NCBI GenBank assembly: GCA_030390025.1
Contig: CM059430.1
Coordinates: forward strand, 41,540,001-41,604,000
From: Squalus acanthias
Lineage: Eukaryota
DNA length: 64,000 nt
Direction of reading: 5' to 3'
Position numbers and translations under genes: made by a program. Below the pieces are notes generated by a model that saw nothing but the letters and a program-made list of their open reading frames with translations, had not been told where the DNA came from and did no database searches. Position 1 is the stretch's first letter. The number at the start of each line of letters is the position of its first letter. Below, piece after piece: positions 51,215 to 60,641 of this stretch.

Positions 51215-53099
51215 TTATGATTTTCTAAATGCCCTGTTACCACTTCCTTAATAATGGATTCCAGCATTTTCCTGACAACTGATATCAGGTTAACTGGCCT
51301 GTAGTTCCCTGTTTTCTCTCTCTCTCCTTTCTTGAATAGCGGGATTACATTTGCTACCTTCCAATTCTCTGGGACCATTCTAGAATCTAGGGAATTTTGG
51401 AAGAACACAACTAATGCATCCACTATCTCTGCAGCCACCTCTTTTAGAATCCTAGGATGTAGGCCCTCAGGTCCAGGGGATTTGTCAGCTTTCAGTCCCA
51501 TTAGTTTCTCAAGTACTTTTTCTCTACAGATCTTAATTACTTTAAGTTCCTCACTCTCATTAGCCCCTTGGTTCCCCACTATTTTAGAAGGTAGCTTAGA
51601 GGTGGGATCTGCACGTGGTGAGTCACCGGGCACGAGTGGGCTGGAGCCGGGGCAGGGGGAAAGGGTACCGAATGTGCCAGCTCTCCGGAGGGCAAGGTTG
51701 CATGCGAGTTCTGCTGCAGAGTACTCAGACGAGGACTTCGATGGGGCAGCCTACAGAGGAACGCTGATGGGTATGCACAATGAAGTGATTGGTGCATTGG
51801 CAGGCCTGCCAGAAAGCCTGAGTGCAATGTCAAGGTGCATGGAGGTGCCCAGCACCAACCTTGCACAGGGCTTTGTGCAGAGCTTGGAGCCCATGATTTC
51901 CAGCGTGGAAGGGGTGGGCAGATCCATTAGCGCACTTGTGGACCCAACCATGATGCAGCATCTGATGTCTCAGCTTCCATTGGAGCATAAGCAGAAGCCA
52001 CCCAATATCTGAGTGCTGCTGTGGAAGCTCAGACTGAAGTCACGCAAGCTCAGACTGGTCTCATGCAAGCTCAGACTGCTGCCAGCATGGAAAGGGGCTT
52101 GCAGCGTGTCACAGCAGTCCAGCAATCTGTCCTCCAACAGATGGCTAGAAATGCTGAGGAGTGGCAGTGGCTCCATGGAGCAAGAACCTGCTGTCCTCTC
52201 TCAGGATGACAGCATTCGTCCTCCCACCACTGCCACTCCGCCAGTGCCCTTGTTGTTGCCTGTCAACCAGCCCAGCCTGCTGCCACCTATGCCGAGGCGG
52301 TGTAGTCCACAGCTGGGCCTTCTAGGCTCAGAGGTGCTCGAGGTCGTCCTGCAAGGCCATCTGCAGTCTCCCCCACTGAAAGTCAGCAGCCTTCCACCAG
52401 CCATGCTGCAGCCACTGGGGTAGCACTTCATAGGAACACTAGGGGTGGTTAGTTGACTTTGTTATGTAATATTGGATGGATTGATGTTTGAAGTTGGATT
52501 GGAATGTTTCTTTTGTGGTGGCTTTTATTTCAGCATTGTGCCCAAGAGGACACTGTGATGGTCAGTAACAGAGGGAAGGAAAGGTGCAGGACTATTGTTG
52601 AATGGGGAATTGGGGTTGCATTCACTGGTACCACAGTCAGATGATTTGATCACTGACAGAAAGGGGCTGTCTGAGTTGCCTCCTCCCTTCCACTTCCTCC
52701 TCTTTGGCTTCCTCCTCCTCCTGCTCCTCCTCCTCCTCCTCCTCAGCTGGTTGCCGTATGCCTGGTGGCAAGGTCGGTTTCCTCATAATAGCGAGGTTGG
52801 GGAGCATATAGCAGACCACGACGAATTCTGGGACACGTTCTGGTGAGTACTGCGGGGCTCCTCCAGAGCGGTCCAGGCAGCGGAAGCATTGTTTAAGGAC
52901 GCCAATGGTCTGCTTGATCAGATTCCGTGTGGCAGCATGACTCTCATTGTATGCATGCTGCCCACGTGTGGTTGGGTTGCGGAGCAGAGTCATGAGCCAG
53001 GTGGGTCAACGGATAGCGTTTGTCGCCCAGTAGCCACCCTCTGGTTTGTTGTGGTGGCTCAAAGACTGAGGTAACAGCGGACTGGCGCAGAATAAAGTG

Positions 53100-53558
53100 A
53101 TCGGACACCCCCCCCCCACCGACCCTTCCGATCTCCTTCACGAGGCCTCCGATCTCACCTCCCACCCACCGATCCTTCCGATCTCCCCGCTGCTCTGACC
53201 CCCGAGCTTCCTTGTGGCCTCCAGACTTCGCTCACCCCCTGCTCTCTGATGTTGCCTGGCTCAGGACTCCGATCTTACCCCCCAGCTCCAGCCTCCTCGA
53301 CATCCCCCGGCTCAGGACTCCGATTATCCTCCCCCCCCTCCCCCCACCCCAGCCTCCTGATCCCTCCCTCTCTCCTCTCTGCTCCTTGTGCCGAAGGCCT
53401 ACCCCCCCCGACAGCCAGCCAGCCTCTCAATCTGGCAGGTAAACGGAGACAAAAATTTTAGTCAGGTCCTGTCTTTAAATTCTTCCGGGTTTCCCAACCT
53501 CAATCCAGCGCCCCCCCCACCAACGCTCCCTCCCCACTTCAGAGTTAATATCCAGCCC
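53100..53558. mobile_element. Harbinger-MITE right arm with C-rich short tandem motifs
   Basis: Ends aatatccagccc (reverse complement GGGCTGGATATT, like the 49229 TIR); repeated ccttccgatctcc and ggctcaggactccgat. Confidence 0.5.
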
Positions 53559-53620
53559 TCCATTTCCAGATTATCTTTCAATGAAACATGCGGCCCACAT
53601 ATAAGATACCTAAAGATTTT

Positions 53621-53855
53621 ACATAAGAACATAAGAAATAGGAGCAGGAATAGGCCACTTGGCCCCTCGAGCCTGCTCCGCCATTCAATAAGATCATGGC
53701 TGATCTTGGGCTCAAAGCCACTTCCCCGCCCGCTCCCCATAACCCTTCACTCCCTTATCTTGCAAAAGTCTGTCTATCTCCACCTTAAATGTATTTAATG
53801 ACCCAGCCTCCACAGCTCTCTGGGGCAGAGAATTCCACAAATTTACGACCCTCTG
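53621..53855 (-). mobile_element. CR1 3' UTR fragment
   Basis: acataagaacataagaa tail; reverse complement of 29280-29510. Confidence 0.88.
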
Positions 53856-54323
53856 TTACATGTTAGCTTACACTTTCATTTAGTTTTTCTGACGGAGAAA
53901 AATGAAGACTGCTCTTCAAAACAGTACCAGGTATTTCTTGGGAATCTCATGAGATTTCAGTGGTCACATGACCAAACCTTTGATAAATACTTGTCAGTTG
54001 GTACAATGTACATCAATGATCATCTACACAGTGCCAAGAGTTTCATTCAAAAGAAGTAAAGTTTGATCGGGAGTTATGTGACGTAAATGATTTGTTGTGA
54101 CAACAAAAAGGTTACTCTAGAAATCAAATCTGATTTAATTGTATTTGCAAAAGAAATACCTTTATCTACCCGAACCATATTTTCACCTTCTCTCTTTATC
54201 TGCTGTTATATACCCATTTAACACCTTGTAAATTTGTCCTACTTTCCTCATTTGCTTATTCTTTCTTGATTAGACTGATCAGTGTCACAAGGCAAGCTTC
54301 TATCCTTGTTGCAGTATAGGTTT

Positions 54324-54452
54324 TGATGTGGAGATGCCGGCGTTGGACTGGGGTGGACAAAAATGAGAAGTCGCACAACACCAGGTTATAGTCCAACAGA
54401 TTTATTTAATTTTACAAGCTTTCGGAGCGGTTCGCTCCTTCCTCAGGTAAGT
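54324..54452 (-). mobile_element. Penelope-like mini-element, family B, with complete hammerhead motif
   Basis: Reverse complement of 46626-46735 but with the full ribozyme core; may extend to ~54500. Confidence 0.8.
54412..54450 (-). ncRNA. Minimal type I hammerhead ribozyme motif (family B), sense to the TOX3-like pre-mRNA
   Basis: UUAC-CUGAGGA-A-GGAGCG(AAC)CGCUCC-GAA-AGCU-U^GUAA: all core nucleotides, 6-bp stem II, palindromic stem III, stem I UUAC/GUAA; predicted cleavage between 54416 and 54415. Confidence 0.85.
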
Positions 54453-54499
54453 TAGCAGTGAGAGAATCTCCCAGAATTCACAATTTAAACACAGACAAA

Positions 54500-57080
54500 A
54501 TCTATTCAAATCTTGTCCAGGTGGCTGGTTTTAGGTGGCAGATCCCATAAGGATATCGGGGTCGTGGAAGAGGGCAGCACTGCAGAATAGGAGCCTTCAC
54601 TCGACCTGACATTTGCAGACACCAGTTCAGAGACTGACATCCCGCGTAGTTCAGAGGGGAGGCAAGTGGGGGGGGGGGGGGTGGTGGTCGGCACGTGGAC
54701 ATAACCCAGGACGTGGGTGCAGGAGCAAGGGCAGGGGGATAGGATGGCCCAGGAAATAGCTTGCCAGAGGGACAGCTTGCATCCTAGCCCTGCTGCACAG
54801 GGTTCAGATGAAGCTAGCGAGGGCCTACCATACATAAGCAGGTTGATGGCAATCCACAGGGCCTTTCCAAGTGCACTGGGCTGCCTGCCAGCTAGCTTGC
54901 CTACAATATCGGAGATCACAGGGGAGTCCAGCTCCACCTTGTGTGCTATCTTCACGCACGGAATCGAGACCATGCAGTCAACCATGGAGCAGGTGGTCAG
55001 CTCTTTGAGCACTGCAGGAGGATGTACAGTGATGGAGCCTCTAGTGACAGCTCAGACTGCTGCCATCTTGGATCTGGCTTACAATGCCTGAAGGAGAGCG
55101 TGGTTCTGGGCTTGGAGAGCCTCCCAGCACGCCTGCACTCTGTTCTCACACAGAGCAGTGGGATGCTGTGGCTCAGTGCTGGAGGGTGGCATTAGCTCCA
55201 TGAGAGAGGCACATATTATCCTCTCTCAGGATGACAGCAGCTCTGCTCCCCCGCCAGCCTCTCAACCAGTGCCCTTGTTGGTGTCAGACAGCTAGCTGGC
55301 CCGAACTGCCCCAGCTGAATCAGAGTTCCTGCATTCTGCAGCTGGGTCGTCAGCAGCCAGAGCCCCTCGAGGTCCCCCTCCACGGACATCTCAAGTGCCC
55401 GCAGCGGAAGTTTAGCAGCCTTCCACCTCCCAAGCTGTAGGACCTTGTAGCAGCACTAGGAAAGGGCACCAACCATCAAGACAGGTCCCTAGGGCTTTGC
55501 ACAAGGGTGATTTGTAGAAAGGCATCAATCATGTAAGCGTCTGTGAAATCAAGAATGGAGTCTGTTGGAAGTATAAATGTTTTGTTTTGGTTTAGCTGTT
55601 GCTCTTCATAATCTTAGTGATGTGACAGGAACACACAAGTTGTTCAGTTTTGAGGGCATTGATATGGTGGGTGTCAGGACTGGGTCGAATGGAAGGAAGG
55701 AGTGTTGGTGCTCTGGGCAGGGGAAGGATTGTTATGGGGAATCTCTCTTCAATAATTTGCTGCCTTACAGCTCTGGCAGCTCGCTGTACTGCTGCGTGCT
55801 CTTCTTCTGCATCGTAAGGCTCCTCATCTCCATCTTCCTCCTCCACTGGCAGCTCCAAGGCAATTTCCCTTTGTATGACATGACTGTGGGATATGCAGCA
55901 AGCAATGCCAAATCTTAAGACTTGCTCTCGGCTGTATTGAAGGTCTCCTCCCGAGTTGTCCAGACAGCGGAACCGTTGTTTCAGAATGCCAATGCTTTGC
56001 TCAATCAGAACCCTTGTTGCTGCACGGCTCTCATTATATGGCTCCACATCTGTGCCCGGGTTCCTGACCAAGAGTCATGAGCCAGCTGCTGCGGGGTTAG
56101 CCATTGTCCCACAGTATCCAGCCTGCTACCTGATGATCTGGGTGGGACAGAGGGGGTATTGAGGACTGACGCAGTATGAAAGCGTCATGAATACCGCCAG
56201 AAAGCCGGGCGCAGACCTGCATGAATCGCTGCCTGTGGTCACAAACAAGGTGAGCATTGCCCTTCCTGCTCAAAAACAGAGCTGGTTCGTGATGAGGAGC
56301 GAGCAAGGCCGCGTGTGTGCAGTCTATGATGATCGGTTCCTGAATACCCACGTGCTATAATGCCTCCCCCGCCCTTGTCTCCTTTACCTTCTTCCTGCAG
56401 CCTGTGCAGGTCTTTGCTCCCTTCCTTGTTGCTGCTCCTCCTCCTGATTTGAGAGCCTCAATGTTAAGCCCAGCAGCATTCCCAAGTTCAGTAATTCAGA
56501 ACAAGGAAATCCTGTGAAACAGTTTGTGCCCTCCAAATACTCACTTTGTAAAAGTATTAAAACAGAAACAGTAGCCAAGCCAGCCAAAAATTTGCTCAAA
56601 AGCACCCCAGAAGCCTAAAACAGCAAATCAGAGACTTACCTTAATTGAAGTGAAAAGTCGCACAACACCAGGTTATAGTCCAACAGCTTTATTTGAAATC
56701 ACAAGCTATAACCTGGTGTTGTGCGACTTCTCACTTTTGTCCACCCCAGTCCAACACCGGCATCTCCGCATCATTACCTTAATTGAGGGGAGGATCCCTT
56801 GAAATGCCGCTTGTGAAAGCTGCTTGCCAGCTTTACCGTCATGACATGCTGGGTGGGTTAAGCAAGTGACATTTCAGGCGTGCATGGACACCAATTTCAG
56901 AAAAGGGCCCTGATTCAGGCACAGGGCTCTTATTATCATATTTAAATGACGCCTGCACTTGTTGCAGGCAGCCACCTTGGGCGTCTATCAAGCACTCAAA
57001 GCGGCGCACTGCTGAATCTGACTTCGCTGCGCCCATTTTGGACCCCGAAGGTACGCGAGACGCATTGCAATTTCTCCCCC
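54500..57080. mobile_element. PIF/Harbinger relic: Myb-gene 3' exon (+) and frameshifted HARBI1-like DDE transposase (-, ~55760-56351)
   Basis: IIDCTH, LVCDH, GGIHDAFILRQS, GWILWDNG and YNESRAATRVLIEQSIGILKQRFRCLDNSGG motifs; 54590-55460 parallels 47990-48020 / 51590-52440; TIR-like gcaatttctcccc at ~57067-57080. Confidence 0.85.
56649..56773. mobile_element. Penelope-like mini-element, family B (125 bp, internally inverted)
   Basis: Perfect 13-bp TSD TTACCTTAATTGA (56636-56648, 56774-56786); inverted arms agtcgcacaacaccaggttatag / ctataacctggtgttgtgcgact. Confidence 0.88.
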
Positions 57081-58387
57081 TCTAAGTGCCCTTCACCCTC
57101 TATTCAGCACGTACTACAGCAAGGAATAGAATTCTCCTGCTGGAGAATAAAAGTACCGTTCAATATCAGATGCTGGCTTTGACCATCACATAGCAGGACA
57201 GCTTAGTCCTGGCAAAGGAATATACCAGTTAGTGCAGTAAACAACAGAAATCTACAAATATTGCACAATGGATATCATCATTATTTCTGGGGGGGGGGGG
57301 GGAAATCCAGAGACGTACTACCATTGCTAATTCTTATTTTTGAAAGATTTTAACAGAAAATCTGGAATAAAAGGTTTATGGAGATGACAGAAACTCATAA
57401 TTCATTGTACATTGTATCACGTGTGCTCTGAGAAGCAGTTGCTTTGGATACCGTGTGGCACACAGCAGTCCCTCATTTAGAGCAATAACAAGAAGCTGAA
57501 TCTTTGTACGATTTGGCTTCTTTTTTTCCCCACTACAAATAACGTGATTCTTAAAAACCTGTCTTAAATGAAGGTGACCTTCTTGGGGCTATTCCCAACG
57601 TCAGCATCAAAAGATGAAGTCAAAAAGGTAAAACCCTGGCTGCATTGATGCCGACTTCCCCTTCCCGCATCCGAGACTGCACATTCTACAAATTAAGCAT
57701 TTCAACCAATGGACAAAACTGCAAATCTGCAGGAGCCACTTCAAAAAACTCCTCTGTAGTATACTTGAAATGTACAAACATTATCCTACCACTTGCAAGG
57801 GTTGGATTTGACTCCAGTCCAAAAAGTCTTTTTTCTGCTGTCAAAACTGAAGTAACTTTGCATGACCAAGCCCAGTTCCTTATAGTCCACAGCACAGAAT
57901 CGCTCATTAATTGGCAGTAAATTAATAAATTCACAGAATGGGCCATGATATACTGGGGCCGATGCGGGTGGCCTGCAGTGATGTATGATATTGTTGTGTC
58001 AGCTGACAGTAGATTTAAATCAAGTAGAATATTTGCCTTTCTCCAGCATGGACATCTTCAATAAACATAAAATGCATGATAATTGAATATACAATCTAAA
58101 AATGAAAATTAAACAGCAACCTCTTTATTCGCAGTTGTTAATTTTATAGCCCAGGAGAAATTCTAAAGTCACGCTCAGGGCACCAAGTCATAACTCTCAC
58201 CCAAACTTTAAATGCACGTTTACAGCATAAAATGATTTAGCTGGTGACCCCGAAACATACAACTCATCTCATCAATGTCACTGTCTGAATTAGATGATCA
58301 AATTCTACTCATCCTCCCCCTTAATTTGTTTCTATATTTCTGTTGTGGAGCTACTCACAATGAATTACAATAGAGTGAAGCTTTGTT

Positions 58388-59190
58388 TACAACAACAACT
58401 TACATCTATATAGCGCCCTTAACATAATAAAACGTCCCAAGGCACTTCACAGGAGCGTCATCAAAAAACAAAATTTGACACAGACATATAAGGAGATGTT
58501 AGGGCAGATAACCAAAAGCTTGGTCAAAGAGGTAGGTTTTAAGGAGCGCTTTAAAAGGAGGAAAGAGAGGTAGAGAGGCGGAGAAATTTAGGGAAGGAAT
58601 TCCAGAGCTTAGGGCCGAGGCAGCTGAAGGCACCGGCGCTAATGGTGGAGCGATTAAAATCAGGGATGTTCAAGAAGCGAGAATTGGCCGAGCGCAGATA
58701 TCTTGGGAGATTATAGGGCTAGAGAAGATTACAGAGATAGAGAGGGGTGAGGCCATGGAGGGATTTGAAAACAAGGATGAGAATTTTAAAATCGAAGCAT
58801 TGCTTAACTGGGAGCCAATGTAGGTCAGCGAGCACAGGGGAGATGGGGGAGCGGGACTTGGTGTGAGTTAGGACATGGGCAGCAGAGTTTTGGATGACCT
58901 CAAGTTTATAGAGGGTAGGATTAGGGACACCGGCCAGGAGTGCGTTGGAATAGTCAAGTCTAGAGGCAACAAAGGCATGGATGAGGGTTTCGGCAGCATA
59001 GAAGCTGAGGCATGGGCGGAGATGGGCGATGTTACGGAGGTGGAAATGGGCGGTCTTGGTGATTGAATGGATATAAGGTAGGAAACTCAACTCGTGATCA
59101 AATATGACACCAAGGTTACGAACCAACTTGGTCAGCCTCAGACAGTTGCCAGGGAAAGGGATGGAATCAGTGGCAAGGAAACAGAGTGAA
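58388..59190 (-). mobile_element. L2 LINE 3' fragment
   Basis: ORF 58719-59126 (VRNLGVIFD...SRLDYSNALLAG...LHWLPV...KILILVFKSLHGL) is an L2 ORF2 C-terminus; (caa)n tail at ~58390. Confidence 0.9.
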
Positions 59191-60019
59191 AATATTGCTC
59201 TGTCCCAATTTCATTAAAAAATATCTGAACACTACTGACACTCAAGATGGTAAGAATGTCCAAATGTTGTGTGAGCTTTACCCCAATATCATTTCTGGTC
59301 AACTTCAAGGTTTGCAATCCTGTTTGGAGCTTCCTTTTTTTCCTTCCTAAGCCAAAATGTGATTTTCGTTTCTCAAGTTGTTTTTCATCAATTCTTCCTG
59401 CAGTGCTTATTTTATTATTACATCGAGTTTCTGAGACAACTCATTTATTTAACTTTCTGCAACACATAATTCTTCTTCTAATGTGCTTTTCTCTTCAGCT
59501 GCCTTGAGTAATGTGTTGCCTTTACTCTGTAAATGTTGATCTAGTTTTGCCTTCTGTGTCTGTCTGTAAATTAATGTCCACAGGCAGCTCAATCAGCCAG
59601 CTCCTGATATAGTGACATTTTGTCAGGATAGACGATATTTCATTATATAAGAGCTCACTGTATAAAACTGCACCTGAACTTAAATAGATTATTCTTTTTC
59701 TCACAACTCCAGAAGCACTAAAGAGCAATAGTTGCCACTAAACCTTTTCATTTTTCTTGATTAGATTTTAACTTGAATTTATAAAATATTGTCAGCTCCA
59801 GGCATGTCTAATCTCATCATTTCTGTCACCCTTCAAATAAAGTCCAAGTTCTTAATTTTCATCATACAATAACCCACTGGGCAACAAACTTTAAATCAAC
59901 TGTTGTTGCGTAGGTACAGTTCAATAAAGAGATCTTTAAAATCATGGCTTTAGAAACATCCAGTTGAGCTGTAGAAGTATCTGAGGTTCTTTTCCTATTA
60001 TGAGGGTGAGAAATATAGT

Positions 60020-60641
60020 AGCCCTGAAAATCAATAGGCCTTTGATCCCAGCTTAGTTGCCGGGAACAGCCTGCCGGTGACCTCCTGCACTGAACCCACT
60101 GAAGTATGTGGGGTCAGGGGCAGGTCACCTCGTTTCCAATGCCACTCGGGGCACATCTCAGGCATCTTATGGAGAGGGAAGACCAGGAATCCTGGCATGG
60201 GGTACTTCTCCAGAGGTTAGGGGGTTGCCGAGGCCCCCTGGAAAGATCTGCCAGTAATGCCAATCGGCCATCTTTATAAGGGTTTCAAAAAAAATGACTA
60301 CATGACCCAGGCCTGGACCCCCCCAGGTGGGCTCTGCTTGTGCCAGTGGGCAAGCCGGCATGCCTTTGTTTTCTCGGCATCATGGCCCACTGGCAGGATC
60401 GCTGGCTGGGTACATGGAAACACCCAGTCTGGTAGTCCCACCCCACAGCCGTGCCCCATCTGACGTGGTGGGCCATGCTTGGGCAGGCGGAGGCTTCCCT
60501 CCAAACAAGACCCCACAGAAACTGCCAAGGAAAGCCGGGACCTGACCTATCTCTGTCTTGGCCTAATTTGCGATCATTCTGCTTCTCTCCCACCAGACTC
60601 ATGGTGGGTGTGCACTGGAAGGACTGGAGATTTTTGGCCCC
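60020..60641. mobile_element. GC-rich MITE-like element
   Basis: GC-rich island in AT-rich flanks ending gagatttttggcccc, resembling the GGG/GGC-starting TIRs elsewhere; left end uncertain. Confidence 0.35.

Larger units (their letters stand above)
48021..51582 (-). mobile_element. CR1 LINE (about 1.7 kb net) inserted in the Harbinger and itself hit by three DNA elements
   Basis: RT pieces in ORFs 51082-51633, 50171-50554, 49819-50166 and 48381-48899 are collinear once the inserts are removed; aagaacataagaa tail at ~48022. Confidence 0.9.
46765..53100. mobile_element. PIF/Harbinger transposon relic with convergent Myb/SANT gene (+) and HARBI1-like transposase (-); hosts nested insertions
   Basis: Myb ORF 47087-47323 with downstream exon remnants at 47598-47756 and from 47912, resuming at ~51583-52430. 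Transposase C-terminus at 52637-53100 (GWLLGDKRYPL, YNESHAATRNLIKQTIGVLKQCFRCLDRSGG). Confidence 0.85.

Noticed and set aside
51332-52012. 226-aa ORF as a novel protein
   Set aside because: Chimera of antisense CR1 sequence and the Harbinger Myb-gene 3' exon.
20962-54450. Heterodimeric ribozyme formed by the two host-sense cores (families A and B) within one pre-mRNA
   Set aside because: The stem III palindromes differ (ACGU versus AGCU), the family A minus core lacks stem I, and the cores are 33 kb apart.
55592-56351. Domesticated HARBI1 gene
   Set aside because: Frameshifted and internally deleted, the GDxGY motif is altered (WDNG), and it sits inside an element with other transposon parts.
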